From an uncultured bacterium (lineage in GTDB: Bacteria; Krumholzibacteriota; Krumholzibacteriia; LZORAL124-64-63), in contig CAVSGO010000002.1 in NCBI GenBank assembly GCA_963727525.1, positions 128,001 to 192,000 on the forward strand: a DNA stretch of 64,000 nt. Reading direction: 5' to 3'. The notes under the pieces were generated by a model. It saw only the letters and a list, made by a program, of their open reading frames with translations, was not told the DNA's origin and ran no database searches. Position 1 is the first letter of the stretch, and every line of letters begins with the position of its first letter. Both the position numbers and the translations under genes were made by a program. Below are positions 1 through 10,295 of the stretch, one piece after another.

Positions 1-650
1 TCCGCCTCGCTCATCCGCGTCTCGAACTGGCGCTCGCTGGTGACGTCGCGCGCGATCACCACGAACGCGCGCTCGCCGCCGTCGCCACCGGCGGCGATGG
101 GCGACACCGTCATGTTGAGCTGACCACCGGCATGCTCCGCGCGGGGGAACGGGAAATCGAACGTGAGGCTTCGCCCGTGCGTCTCGGCGTCCGTCATGAC
201 GCGATCGATCTCCAGTCCGTAGCACAGATGGATGTCGCGGAAGGGATTGCCGAGCACGTTGCGGCGCGCGACGCCGAAGAGCGCTTCCGCGGCCTTGTTC
301 CACTCGAGCACCAGCCCCGCGCGGTCGAGCAGGAAGATGGCCTCGCCGGCTTGGTTGATGATCGTGCGGTACTTCTGCTCGGAGCGCTTGAGACGCAACT
401 GGTCGCGTTCGCGCTGACGAAGCTGGAACCAGGAGATCCCGCTGACCATCAGGATCAAGAGGAGCATCAGCACCGAGAGGACGACCGCCGGCAAACCGCG
501 ACCCTCGAGCCACGAGCCGTGGTGGCTGAGCGTGGCCACGACCTCCAGCAGGTTGATCAGGAAGAGGCCCGCGGCCAGGCTCATCAGCACGGCGAGCAGA
601 ACGCGGATCCGCGTGGGGCGGCCGCTTTTTAATTTATTTATTTTCAACAA
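1..650 (-). CDS. PAS-domain membrane sensor protein (probable histidine kinase), 5' part; runs off the left edge
   Basis: Manual minus-strand translation from a TTG near 650: two hydrophobic segments, then 'LKRSEQKYRTIINQAGEAIFLLDRAGLVLEWNKAAEALFG...FVVIARDVT', a typical PAS S-box/PAC. Start codon uncertain. Confidence 0.75.
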   Translation of the reverse strand, partial: MLKINKLKSGRPTRIRVLLAVLMSLAAGLFLINLLEVVATLSHHGSWLEGRGLPAVVLSVLMLLLILMVSGISWFQLRQRERDQLRLKRSEQKYRTIINQAGEAIFLLDRAGLVLEWNKAAEALFGVARRNVLGNPFRDIHLCYGLEIDRVMTDAETHGRSLTFDFPFPRAEHAGGQLNMTVSPIAAGGDGGERAFVVIARDVTSERQFETRMSEA

Positions 651-659
651 GTTAAAAAA

Positions 660-1607
660 CTACCCCAGATCCGTCTCGACGCCCATGAGACCCAGGAGGC
701 GCTCCAGATCGTCGTCCGAGTAGAAATTCACCACCACTGTACCCTTGCCGGCGGCCGACCGGTCTATGGACACGGGAGCACCCAGGCGCGATTCGGTCCG
801 CTCGCGGAGTGCGCGCAGCGCCGGGCTCTCGGGCGTCGTCGCCGGGCCGCGTCGCGCTCGACGCCTGCGTGCAGTGCCTGCCGCGGCCGACATCTGGGCC
901 CGGCGTTCGCACTCGCGCACGGAAAGACCGCGGCTCACGCAGAGCCGCGCCAGGCGAGTACGGGCCGGTCCCGGCGGCATGCCGAGCAGAACCTTGGCAT
1001 GGCCTCGCGTCAGGGACCCGTCCTGCACGAGCGCCTGGATATTTTCATCTAAAGACAACAGCCGCAACAAGTTAGCGACTGTGCTGCGGTTCTTGCCGAG
1101 CATCGACGCCAGTTCTTCCTGCGTCGCGCCGTAGGCGTCGAGGAGATGCTGGTAGGCCGCCGCTTCCTCGATCGGCCCGAGGTCCTGGCGCTGGATGTTC
1201 TCCAACAGCGCGATCTTGAGCGCCTCGTTCTGCTCGTACGAGCGCGTGAGAGCCGTGATCGTCGCCAGTCCCGCCATCCGCGCCGCACGCACGCGACGTT
1301 CGCCAGCCACCACGACGTAGCGCCGTGACGTGTTCGCGAAGCCGTCGCCATCGCGGGGGAACGCTCGCACCTCAGACTGCGTAAGTTCCCTTACGATAAT
1401 AGGTTGCAAAACGCCGACCTGTTTTATGGATTCGGCCAGCTCCCTGAGCTGGTCAGCATCGAAGGTTTTTCGCGGCTGATCGGGATTGAACACGATCCGG
1501 TCCAGAGGGAGCTCGCGAACCTCGAGCGCACCGTTGCCGAGCCCGGGATCCGCCGCCTGGATGAGAGCAGACAAACCTTTGCCTAGCACACTCTTCCTCG
1601 TTGTCAT
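660..1607 (-). CDS. parB: ParB/Spo0J chromosome partitioning protein
   Basis: N-terminal 'LGKGLSALI', 'NPDQPRKTF', 'GVLQPIIVR', 'AGERRVRA', 'ENIQRQDL', HTH; directly downstream of parA. Start placed at ATG 1607. Confidence 0.97.
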   Translation of the reverse strand: MTTRKSVLGKGLSALIQAADPGLGNGALEVRELPLDRIVFNPDQPRKTFDADQLRELAESIKQVGVLQPIIVRELTQSEVRAFPRDGDGFANTSRRYVVVAGERRVRAARMAGLATITALTRSYEQNEALKIALLENIQRQDLGPIEEAAAYQHLLDAYGATQEELASMLGKNRSTVANLLRLLSLDENIQALVQDGSLTRGHAKVLLGMPPGPARTRLARLCVSRGLSVRECERRAQMSAAAGTARRRRARRGPATTPESPALRALRERTESRLGAPVSIDRSAAGKGTVVVNFYSDDDLERLLGLMGVETDLG

Positions 1608-1608
1608 C

Positions 1609-2391
1609 TCACGCCTCCGGGGTGGACGCGACCCCGGAATTGGCCGCGATGACTTCCTGGGCCAGGCCCAGATAGCTCTGGGCGCCAAGACACTCGACAT
1701 CATAGAGGAGGATGGGCTTGCCGAACGACGGCGCCTCGCTCAGGCGGACATTCCGGGGAATCATGGTCTTGTAGACCATCTGGCCGAAATAGTCCGTCGC
1801 CTCCTCCGCAACCTGGTTCGACAGGCGCAGGCGACGGTCGAACATCGTCATCAAGACGCCCTCTAGTTGCAAGTCGGTATTGAGGTTACGCTGAACGAGC
1901 TGTACAGTGCTGAGAAGCTGGCTCAGACCCTCGAGGGCGTAGTATTCGCACTGGATGGGGATCAGCACGGAATCCGCCGCCACCAGCGCATTCAGGGTCA
2001 GAAGGCCCAGGCTGGGAGGTGTATCGATGATGATGAAGTCGAACCGGTCGCGGACCGGCGCCAGCGCATCGTGAAGTTTCCGCTCCCGCTGGGGCTCGCC
2101 GACCAGTTCGACCTCGGCGCCGGCGAGTCGGCGATCCGACGCCACGAGTTGCAGGAACGGAAGTTCGGTCCCCTGGACCACTTCCGGCGCGCGAGCATTG
2201 CCAAGGATAGCCTCGTAAATCGTGCTCTCACCCGCTTTTCCGCCCATCCCACTCGTCGCGTTGCCCTGGGGATCGAAATCCACGAGAAGCACGCGCTTCT
2301 CGGCCACGGCCAGGCTCGCGCTCAGGTTCACGGCGGTCGTCGTCTTGCCGACCCCGCCTTTCTGGTTGGAAATGGTGATGATCTTGCCCAT
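1609..2391 (-). CDS. parA: ParA/Soj ATPase
   Basis: Deviant Walker A 'NQKGGVGKTTT', 'DFDPQGNAT', 'IIIDTPPSLG', 'IPRNVRLSEAPSFG'. Confidence 0.98.
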   Translation of the reverse strand: MGKIITISNQKGGVGKTTTAVNLSASLAVAEKRVLLVDFDPQGNATSGMGGKAGESTIYEAILGNARAPEVVQGTELPFLQLVASDRRLAGAEVELVGEPQRERKLHDALAPVRDRFDFIIIDTPPSLGLLTLNALVAADSVLIPIQCEYYALEGLSQLLSTVQLVQRNLNTDLQLEGVLMTMFDRRLRLSNQVAEEATDYFGQMVYKTMIPRNVRLSEAPSFGKPILLYDVECLGAQSYLGLAQEVIAANSGVASTPEA

Positions 2392-2525
2392 GAACGGTTC
2401 GCCTTTGGACTACGGGTTGGTGCGGCCCCCATGTCGGGTACGGTACGGCGCTCGGCGGGAATGGTATCCACCGATCCGGTCGGTGTCCAGCGGACAGCCT
2501 GGGGAGGGGGGCGGAAGCCCACCGG

Positions 2526-2541
2526 TGTTCCACGTGGAACA
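2526..2541. promoter_or_regulatory. parS centromere site 1
   Basis: Perfect 16-bp palindrome TGTTCCACGTGGAACA, matching the widely conserved parS consensus, upstream of parAB. Confidence 0.95.
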
Positions 2542-2591
2542 AGGAAGGCGGAGGGGTCTCGCGCCATCCAGGACATCCCACAGAGATGCGT

Positions 2592-2607
2592 TGTTCCACG
2601 TGGAACA
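2592..2607. promoter_or_regulatory. parS centromere site 2
   Basis: Second perfect TGTTCCACGTGGAACA, 66 bp from the first. Confidence 0.95.
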
Positions 2608-2637
2608 AACCCGCCGGGAACCCCGCGCGAAGTGTGC

Positions 2638-3306
2638 TCAGGGTGTGCGATGGACCGTCACGAGGACGCGGGCGCCAACCCCTTCGACAATCCGCGGAAC
2701 CTCGGATGTCCAGCAACCATGCGGCGTTGTGATCTGCAGATCCCGGGCCAAATCGCCATCGCATGCGGCGTCAGGACCGAGAAATCGCGCAACGATCACG
2801 CTTTGCGCCCCCCGCGCTCCGCCCGACGCCAGATCGCGAATGCCTTCGAGGACCACGGGTTCCGTCAACCGCAAGGCTTTCAGCGAGATGAGGATGGAAC
2901 TACCCGTGGACGCCAGCTCGCGAGCGAGGTCCGCGCCCCAGCGCCGCGGCTGCACCGTCGCGTCCGCCAGCGACATCTTTCGTGCCGTCCGCTCGAGGAA
3001 CCAGGCTCTTCGTTGCCTCGGCTCGACGAGCCAGGTGGGACCTCTCGCACCCGCATCGGCGAGATGCCCAGCCCAGAGCAAACCCGGGAGCCCGTTTCCG
3101 CTCCCCAGATCCGCGTAGCACCAGCGACCCAGGTCCTCCCCGGTGAGGCAGGATGAGACGAGCCGCCAGCCCGATTCACATTGCGTGATGAGGCGATCGA
3201 GTTGCCGCCGAGTGTCCTGCCTCGAAACGAGGTTGACGCGCTTGTTCCAGCGCAGGATCTCGTCGCGCAGGATGTCCCGGCGCTGGTCAGCGCCGCCGAC
3301 GGTCAC
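2638..3306 (-). CDS. rsmG: 16S rRNA m7G527 methyltransferase RsmG/GidB (divergent)
   Basis: 'LRWNKRVNLVS', SAM motif 'DLGSGNGLPG', 'LVEPRQRRAWFL'; conserved position between mnmG and parA. Confidence 0.85.
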   Translation of the reverse strand: MTVGGADQRRDILRDEILRWNKRVNLVSRQDTRRQLDRLITQCESGWRLVSSCLTGEDLGRWCYADLGSGNGLPGLLWAGHLADAGARGPTWLVEPRQRRAWFLERTARKMSLADATVQPRRWGADLARELASTGSSILISLKALRLTEPVVLEGIRDLASGGARGAQSVIVARFLGPDAACDGDLARDLQITTPHGCWTSEVPRIVEGVGARVLVTVHRTP

Positions 3307-5231
3307 GCCGTTCCCCCGCCTGCCTCGCGGTGGCGCCCGAGGTGAACCGAGAGGACGGCGAGATCTCCGGCCCGGACTCCATCAATACGGCCAGCCTGGC
3401 CGAGATTGGCTGGACGCATACGTGCGAGCTTCTCGCGCGCCTCATGGCTCAGCGCGCGGACGGCGAGGTAATCAAAATCGTCCGGGATCTCGAGCCGGTC
3501 GAGATGCGATATCTTGCTCAAGTTCTTGTCTTGCTTAGAGATATATCCATGATACACAATCCTGGTCTGGGCTTCCGCCAGGATGCCGCGATCGAGGTAC
3601 GGGGTGCGACGATCCATTATTGTTTTTGACATAACATGTTCAATGCCGTCCCAACACTCCCGCCCGCGATCCGCAACGCCGAGCACGATTTCCAGCGTGG
3701 CCCCCGGTCGCCGCAGGAGATCGGCCACCGTCGAAGGGGAACCCGAGAGCGGATCTCGCGTCCGCCACGTCGCCAGCAGATCGCAAATCTTCGTGACCGC
3801 CGTGTTGCGCGCCCGCAACAACGCCAGGTCGCGCGCCGGAAGCAACCCGATCAGCGCGGCCGTGTCGGCAAGTCGGCTCTCCGTATTATCACAGCGCAGC
3901 CGCAGACGATGCTCCGCACGAGACGTGAACATCCGGTAAGGTTCGACGATATCCTTCGTGACGAGATCGTCCGCGAGTACGCCAAGATACGCCGTGTCGC
4001 GCGCCGGAAGCCAGGCATCGACCTCCGCGAGCGACCTTACCGCATTGACACCCGCAATCAGACCCTGCGCCGCCGCCTCTTCATAACCCGACGTGCCGAG
4101 GATCTGCCCGGCGAGGTATAACCCGGCCACAGGTTTCGTTTCGAACGTACGCACGATTTGCCACGAAGGAATGCTATCATACTCGACCGCGTAACCATAC
4201 CGCACGATGCGCGCGCGCTCGAGCCCGGCGATGGAGTGGATCACGTTCTCCTGCACATCGGCCGGCAGGCTCGTCGAGACGCCATTGACATAGATCTCGT
4301 CGCTGGTCAAACCCTCGGGCTCCAGGAACACGAGGTGTCGATCCTTCTCGGCGAAACGTACGACCTTGTCCTCGATCGACGGACAGTACCGCGGCCCCTG
4401 CCCTTCGATATTACCCTGGTAAAGGGGCGAGCGATGGAGATTCGCGCGGATCATTGCGTGCGTCTGTGGTGTCGTGTATGCGATCCAGCATACGAGGCGA
4501 GACTCCGGCAAAGCACGCGTGCGGAACGAGAAGGGCAGGGGATCCTCGTCGCCGGCCTGTACCTCGAGTCGCGCATAGTCGATGCTGTCGGCCGCAAGCC
4601 GTGGCGGCGTTCCCGTCTTGAGTCGCCGCAGCGTAAACCCGAGCCGGGAGAATTCCGTGCTCAATCCCTCGCTGCTCGCGGCACCTTCGCGCCCGCCGCG
4701 TCTCTGCACGTCGCCCACATGCATGAGTCCGCGCAGGAACGTCCCGGTGCACAGGACCACGCGCGCACCACGCACCTCCGTACCACTGGCCAGCACCACG
4801 CCGGCGATCGTCGGCCGGGCGCCGACGACGGTCGTTACCAGTCCACGCACATCGCTCTCGATCACCGTGAGCCCCGACTGCGCCTCGATCGTCGCCGCCA
4901 TCATCGCCTGATAGCGATGCTTGTCGGCCTGCGCGCGCGGAGCCTGCACCGCCGGCCCCTTCTTGCGGTTGAGCACGCGGAACTGCACACCGGTCGCGTC
5001 GATCGCCCTCGCCATCTCCCCACCACACACGTCGATCTCACGAACGAGATGACCCTTGCCGAGACCGCCGATCGCTGGGTTGCACGGCATACGCCCGATC
5101 TCGCTCCTTGCGTGCGTGACCAGCGCCGTGCGGCAACCCAGACGCGCCGCGGCGAGCGCCGCCTCGATGCCGGCATGGCCACCGCCGACAACGACCACAT
5201 CATATTTCGCTGTGGTCGCCATCGGGCCCAT
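3303..5231 (-). CDS. mnmG: tRNA uridine-5-carboxymethylaminomethyl modification enzyme MnmG/GidA
   Basis: 'VVGGGHAGIEAA', 'MPCNPAIGGLGKG', 'LKTGTPPR', 'GPRYCPSIEDK', 'AGQILGTSGYEEAAAQG'. Confidence 0.98.
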   Translation of the reverse strand: MGPMATTAKYDVVVVGGGHAGIEAALAAARLGCRTALVTHARSEIGRMPCNPAIGGLGKGHLVREIDVCGGEMARAIDATGVQFRVLNRKKGPAVQAPRAQADKHRYQAMMAATIEAQSGLTVIESDVRGLVTTVVGARPTIAGVVLASGTEVRGARVVLCTGTFLRGLMHVGDVQRRGGREGAASSEGLSTEFSRLGFTLRRLKTGTPPRLAADSIDYARLEVQAGDEDPLPFSFRTRALPESRLVCWIAYTTPQTHAMIRANLHRSPLYQGNIEGQGPRYCPSIEDKVVRFAEKDRHLVFLEPEGLTSDEIYVNGVSTSLPADVQENVIHSIAGLERARIVRYGYAVEYDSIPSWQIVRTFETKPVAGLYLAGQILGTSGYEEAAAQGLIAGVNAVRSLAEVDAWLPARDTAYLGVLADDLVTKDIVEPYRMFTSRAEHRLRLRCDNTESRLADTAALIGLLPARDLALLRARNTAVTKICDLLATWRTRDPLSGSPSTVADLLRRPGATLEIVLGVADRGRECWDGIEHVMSKTIMDRRTPYLDRGILAEAQTRIVYHGYISKQDKNLSKISHLDRLEIPDDFDYLAVRALSHEAREKLARMRPANLGQAGRIDGVRAGDLAVLSVHLGRHREAGGGTA

Positions 5232-5245
5232 CACCGTCCTATTCC

Positions 5246-6634
5246 TTACTTGCCCACGCAGAAGCGAGCGAACACGTCGCCGAGAAGGCGTTCACTGAAC
5301 ACGCGGCCGCTGATCTCGTCGAGTTCGAGCAACGCCCCGCGCAACGCCGTCGCGACGAGTTCCGCCGCCACGACGCCTCGTGCAACATCAGCGAGCAGCG
5401 CCTCGAGCTGTTCCACACAGCCACGCAGTCGGTCCTCGTGGCGAGCGTTGAGCAGCAAACCGCGCGCCGCGGTCTCTCGCGCATCCGACGCTACCGCCGT
5501 CGTCGCAAGGCGCGACCAGAGCGCGTCGAGCCCCTGCCCGGTCAGGCTCGAGACCGCGACGTGATCCTCGGGCGCCCATGTCGGTAGCGGGGCGAGATCC
5601 GCCTTGCTCACCACCGAGACCGCGACCACGCCGGCCGGCACCGCCACCTCGTCGCGGCCATCACCATCGGCCGGGCGCACATGGAACACGATGTCGGCCT
5701 GCGCGACGGCCGCCTGCGTGCGCACCATACCCAGGTGCTCGAGGCGCGCAGGCTGCGCGTGCAGGCCGGCCGTGTCGTGCAGGACATAGAGCAGGCCGTC
5801 GCGCACCACGCGCGCCGCGACAACGTCGCGCGTCGTGCCTGGCTCGGCGTCCACGATGACGCGATCCTCGCCGACGAGCGCGTTGAAGAGGCTGCTCTTG
5901 CCGGCGTTCACGGCACCTGCGAGCACCACGTGCACACCTTCGCGCAACCGATGACTCGCGGGGCCCAGCCTCAGCAGTGATCGCATCCGCGAGAGTACCC
6001 CGGAGACGTCGGCAGCGATCCGGTTCCCGTCCGGACCAGGATCGTCGTCGTCGCCGAATTCCAGGGCGCCCTCCAGCTCCGCGAGCAACACGCGCAGAGG
6101 TTCCATGAGCGAGACGAGTTCACGGTCGAGACCACCGCGAAGCTGGGCGAGCGCCGCCCGCGCACCGGCGACATGATCGGCATCGACGAGATCCGCAACA
6201 GCCTCGGCCTCGGCGAGGGAAAGCCGGCCATGGAGGAACGCTCGGCGTGTGAACTCGCCGGGACCCGCCGCCCGCGCGCCGGCCGCGCGGCAGGCGTCGC
6301 ATACGAGCTGGGCGAGAAGGGCACCGCCGTGACACGAGAACTCGACCGTGTCTTCGCCGGTGTAGCTATGAGGCGCCAGCAGGGGCAGGACCAGCACCTG
6401 ATCGAGCTCCTGACCAGCCACGATTCCTGAGGGCGCGGGCGCTCCCGTCGGCCACACGACCATTGCCAAACGAGCGCGGTGACTCGTCACCGGGTCCGCG
6501 AGCACGTCCGGCGACACGACTCGGCGCGCCACGGCGAGCGCATCATGACCACTGACGCGTACCACGGCGAGTCCCGCCACGCCGCTCGCGGTGGCGATGG
6601 CCACGATCGTCTCGCCTCTCATCGCCGGATCCAC
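5246..6634 (-). CDS. mnmE: tRNA modification GTPase MnmE/TrmE
   Basis: 'ETIVAIAT', 'SYTGED.VE..CHGG', 'GEFTRRAF..G', G1 'GAVNAGKSSLFN', 'PGTTRD', 'DTAG', C-terminal 'FCVGK'. Start GTG 6634 (AGGAGG upstream) or ATG 6622. Confidence 0.96.
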   Translation of the reverse strand: MDPAMRGETIVAIATASGVAGLAVVRVSGHDALAVARRVVSPDVLADPVTSHRARLAMVVWPTGAPAPSGIVAGQELDQVLVLPLLAPHSYTGEDTVEFSCHGGALLAQLVCDACRAAGARAAGPGEFTRRAFLHGRLSLAEAEAVADLVDADHVAGARAALAQLRGGLDRELVSLMEPLRVLLAELEGALEFGDDDDPGPDGNRIAADVSGVLSRMRSLLRLGPASHRLREGVHVVLAGAVNAGKSSLFNALVGEDRVIVDAEPGTTRDVVAARVVRDGLLYVLHDTAGLHAQPARLEHLGMVRTQAAVAQADIVFHVRPADGDGRDEVAVPAGVVAVSVVSKADLAPLPTWAPEDHVAVSSLTGQGLDALWSRLATTAVASDARETAARGLLLNARHEDRLRGCVEQLEALLADVARGVVAAELVATALRGALLELDEISGRVFSERLLGDVFARFCVGK

Positions 6635-6701
6635 AGGTCCTCCTGTAGAGCGGGGGGCGGCCATGATCGCGCCGCCCCCCCTACCTCCGCTGCCGTCGCG
6701 A

Positions 6702-8147
6702 TCAGCTCTGGTCGTCCGCATCCATGCCGGCACGATCTTCGTGATCGGAATCGCCACCGTGGGTCTCGTCGGCATTGTCATGCGCAACCGCACCTTCGAC
6801 CTGGAAGTCGTAGGACTGCGGCGCCACGACGACATGCTTGCTCGCGCCATCGGCCACGGTGTAGGTGGTGAGCGAAGCCACTTCCTGTACCTGCAGGTGG
6901 ACGATGCGCCGTTCGCGCGAACCCATCGGCTCGAGGTGCACCGGCTCGCCGGAATCCTTCACCTCGCGGATGATGCCTCGCGTCATCTGCACGAGCTGTT
7001 CGTCGCACCGACGGCGGTAATTGTTGATGTCCAGGTTCATCTTCACACGATCACCGACGGCATGCGACGCGATGCGTTCCACGAGGATCTCGATCGCGTC
7101 GACCGACATGCCGTGCCGCCCGATCAGGACACCGGCGCTGCGGTCGTCGGTGATGAGCTTGACCTGGGCGTATTCGTCCTCGCGCACCTCGCAACGGCAG
7201 GGAAAGCCGGCGAAACGCATGAGGTCGGTGGTCACCTGCTGGAGGAATGCCGGAACCTCGGCCGCGGCGGAACTGTCGTAGGGCTTCACGCGATCGATCG
7301 CCGCGATCTCGCCGGCGACGACCGCCGCAGCGCCGCGTGCCGCCTCCGCTGGCGGCGAAGTGTCTTGCGGGGTCGAATCAGCCGGGGTCGAATCGGCCGG
7401 AATCGGCAAGGACGGCGACGGTGACGGTCCCGTGGTCGGCGACTCCGAGAGGAATTCGGGCATCGTCGCACCCGTCGCACGCGCCGTGCGCAGCGTATCC
7501 ACGACCGGCTCCACGAGATTCTCTGCCGTCTCGACCTCGGCGAGGCGATTCACCGGCGACTCGTTCTCGCGCGCATCGCGACGTTCGTCGTCGCGACGGC
7601 CCTCGTCCGGTCGAGCATCGTCCCGGCGACGCGGGCGGCGGCGACGGCGGCGCGAACTCCGCGAGCGCTCCTCGCCCTGATCCGCATTGGTCCCGCTGTC
7701 GACGCGAGCCGCGGCAGGCGCGGTCGCCGCTGCTGGCTTGTCGCGATCCCGGTCGCCGCGACCGCGACCACGCTCGCCTCGTTCATTACTGTCGGCCGAC
7801 GACGCCTGGCGTCCGTCGTCGCGACGGGGCCGTCCGCGGCCGCCTCGCGACGACCGCGTGTCGTCGTGCCGACTGTCGTCCCGTCTCGCCTCTTGCGAAC
7901 GCCCGCGGCCACCCGTGTTCTCACGGCGAGATTCGTCACGCCGACCACGAGCGGCCCGATCGCCGCGGCCACCCTTCTTCTCTACCCGGACCACGGCGGG
8001 CTTGCCGCCGATCAGTCCGAGGAATCCGCTCTTCGGTTGCTGCAGGACGGTCACGTCGACCTCGTCCCGCCGCAGGCCGAGGCGGAGCAGGGCCTCGGAG
8101 ATGGCCTCCTCGACGGTCCTGCCTCGGCTCTCGATGGTATTGCTCAT
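6702..8147 (-). CDS. jag: Jag/EloR (SpoIIIJ-associated) RNA-binding protein with long low-complexity linker
   Basis: Jag_N 'GRTVEEAISEAL..LGL...VDVTVLQQPKSGFLG', KH 'LIGRHG', R3H 'LEPMGSRERRIVH'; follows yidC with ATGA overlap. Confidence 0.93.
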   Translation of the reverse strand: MSNTIESRGRTVEEAISEALLRLGLRRDEVDVTVLQQPKSGFLGLIGGKPAVVRVEKKGGRGDRAARGRRDESRRENTGGRGRSQEARRDDSRHDDTRSSRGGRGRPRRDDGRQASSADSNERGERGRGRGDRDRDKPAAATAPAAARVDSGTNADQGEERSRSSRRRRRRPRRRDDARPDEGRRDDERRDARENESPVNRLAEVETAENLVEPVVDTLRTARATGATMPEFLSESPTTGPSPSPSLPIPADSTPADSTPQDTSPPAEAARGAAAVVAGEIAAIDRVKPYDSSAAAEVPAFLQQVTTDLMRFAGFPCRCEVREDEYAQVKLITDDRSAGVLIGRHGMSVDAIEILVERIASHAVGDRVKMNLDINNYRRRCDEQLVQMTRGIIREVKDSGEPVHLEPMGSRERRIVHLQVQEVASLTTYTVADGASKHVVVAPQSYDFQVEGAVAHDNADETHGGDSDHEDRAGMDADDQS

Positions 8148-9958
8148 GCTGGTACCGCACCTCCCGTGCGTGTTGCCGCCGAATGGATTCTCCAGGTCTG
8201 GTAGATGGTCATGAGGTTGTTCACCAGCCAGTACAGCACCAGACCCGACGGCATCTGATAGAACATGAAGAGAAAGATGACCGGCAGGAAGTTGTTCATC
8301 ATGGCCATCTGGCCGCCTGTCGTGCCGGTCGGGGTCAGCTTGCTCTGGACCCACATCGTGGCGGACATCAGGATCGGCAGCAGGTTGAAGGGGTGGCCGC
8401 CGAGGAACGGCAGCGCGCCAGGAAATACGAACAACGTGTCGGGCTGGGAGAGGTCGTTGATCCAGCCGATGAACGGTGTTCCGCGCAGCGCGATCATGTG
8501 CGCGAGCGCCTGGTAGAGCGCGATGAAGACGGGTGACTGGACCAGCATGGGCAAGCAACCCGCCATCGGGTTGATCTTCTCCTTCTGATACAGCTTCATC
8601 ATCTCCTGGCTCTGCTTCTCCCGGTTGTCCTTGTACTTCTGCTGGAGCTCCTTGATCTTCGGCTGCAGCAGCTGCATCTTCTTCATCGACTCGGTGCTGG
8701 TACGCGTCAGCGGATAGAACATCAGCTTCGTCGCCACCGAGAAGATGATGATGATGACTCCATAGTTCGGGATCACCTTGTGCATCCCGTCCATGATCCA
8801 GAGCACGGCCTCGGTCAACGGCCGGAACAACGCCCAGCCCAGATCCATTGTCTTCTCGAGGCCCACGCCGAAGGATTTGAGGCGCTCGGCCTCCTGGGGG
8901 CCGATGTACAGAGTGAGTCGGCTGCCAGCGATGACGTCGCTGCCTGCCGGCTGCGACCGCAGGGGCGCCTCGATGGTCCAGGTCTGTTGATTGCGCTGAA
9001 CATCGCCACCCAGGACGATGGTGCCTTCGATGACCTGGTCCGGTGCCTGCGGCAGGATCCCCGCCACGGTGAAGTACTTGTTCTGCACCGTCGCGAACGC
9101 CACCGTCCCGGTGTACTCGCCCGAGACCTTCTCGACGCCCTTGTGGAGCTGCGTACGGTTCTTGCGGTGCAGGTCGTCGCCCACCTTGGCGAAGGCCTTG
9201 AACGCGACCTTGCCGATACGGTCGTTATGCTCGGTGGTGGCGATCCCCTCGGGCCACGCGAAGCGGGCACGAGCGGGTGCTCCCACGAGCCGTAGCGACG
9301 CGGCCGCGTCCGTTGTGGCCGCCACCACGTCGATGTCCTCGGTGATCGCGTAAGAATTCGCGTTGAACGTGTAAATCTTGCGGACCTCGAGGCCGCCCGC
9401 AGTAGCCACGGAGAAGGTGACGCTCCGTGCACCCGATTGCACAACTACGCTCGTCGGACCCTGGATCCGGAAGTTCCGCTTGCCGAGATCCAGGGACCCC
9501 GCGGCGAACGTCACCGCGTCGTCACCATACCTGGCAGCCTCCTCGCCCTGCGGGATCATCTCGACAGGATTACCCTCGTGGTCCTCGTGCTCGAAGCCTT
9601 GCCAGCTCGTGATCCGCGCCCCCACCGAGCTGATGCGAGCCACGTACAGTGGCGTCGTCACCTCGACCTCGGACGTCGTGCCGGGCTCGCCCACCACGCG
9701 CAAGACCGCGTCCGCAGTGGAAGGAGTGTCCGTGCTGGCGGCCTGAGCGGGCGCTTCGGGCGCGGTCGGCACGGATGTGGTGGTCGACACCGCCAGGGAA
9801 TCGGTTGGCGATTCTGGTTCGGAATTCACCTTCTCCACGGTCGCCGACATCGTTTCCGAATCGGCCGGCGCCGAGCGGAAGTAATGTTTCATCACCCAGT
9901 CGGAGCCTATGATGATCAGGAAGATGAGCGCGAATGCGAGAACCGTACGCCTATCCAT
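8144..9958 (-). CDS. yidC: Membrane protein insertase YidC
   Basis: Periplasmic domain followed by 'NYGVIIII', '[19 protein letters not shown]', 'INPMAGCLP', 'WINDLSQPD', 'PSGLVLYW'. Confidence 0.97.
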   Translation of the reverse strand: MDRRTVLAFALIFLIIIGSDWVMKHYFRSAPADSETMSATVEKVNSEPESPTDSLAVSTTTSVPTAPEAPAQAASTDTPSTADAVLRVVGEPGTTSEVEVTTPLYVARISSVGARITSWQGFEHEDHEGNPVEMIPQGEEAARYGDDAVTFAAGSLDLGKRNFRIQGPTSVVVQSGARSVTFSVATAGGLEVRKIYTFNANSYAITEDIDVVAATTDAAASLRLVGAPARARFAWPEGIATTEHNDRIGKVAFKAFAKVGDDLHRKNRTQLHKGVEKVSGEYTGTVAFATVQNKYFTVAGILPQAPDQVIEGTIVLGGDVQRNQQTWTIEAPLRSQPAGSDVIAGSRLTLYIGPQEAERLKSFGVGLEKTMDLGWALFRPLTEAVLWIMDGMHKVIPNYGVIIIIFSVATKLMFYPLTRTSTESMKKMQLLQPKIKELQQKYKDNREKQSQEMMKLYQKEKINPMAGCLPMLVQSPVFIALYQALAHMIALRGTPFIGWINDLSQPDTLFVFPGALPFLGGHPFNLLPILMSATMWVQSKLTPTGTTGGQMAMMNNFLPVIFLFMFYQMPSGLVLYWLVNNLMTIYQTWRIHSAATRTGGAVPA

Positions 9959-10187
9959 CAGCGATGTCTCCGTGGGCTTCGGGAACGGGATCCAGCCCGC
10001 CCGCGTGCCACGGATGGCAACGAGCGACCCGGCAGAGAGCGAGTCGGAGGCCGCGAAGCAATCCGTGCTTGCGTAGAGCCTCGGCTGCATAGGCGGAACA
10101 GGTGGGGTAGTAACGACACGTGGCTGGTGTCCAGGGGGAGATCAGCCGCCGGTAGGCGAGGATCAGAAAGTAAGGCAACCGCCACAT
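9951..10187 (-). CDS. yidD: Membrane protein insertion efficiency factor YidD
   Basis: 'YRRLISP...[17 protein letters not shown]...[14 protein letters not shown]'. Confidence 0.95.
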   Translation of the reverse strand: MWRLPYFLILAYRRLISPWTPATCRYYPTCSAYAAEALRKHGLLRGLRLALCRVARCHPWHAGGLDPVPEAHGDIADG

Positions 10188-10295
10188 CTCACGTCTGACC
10201 GACCTCGCCCCTGGATGAAGGAAAACGGGCGGAGCCCTGGTCGGTCCCTTCGTTGGCATCCGGGCGCCGTCATCGGCGGCGACGCGATGCTCGTG

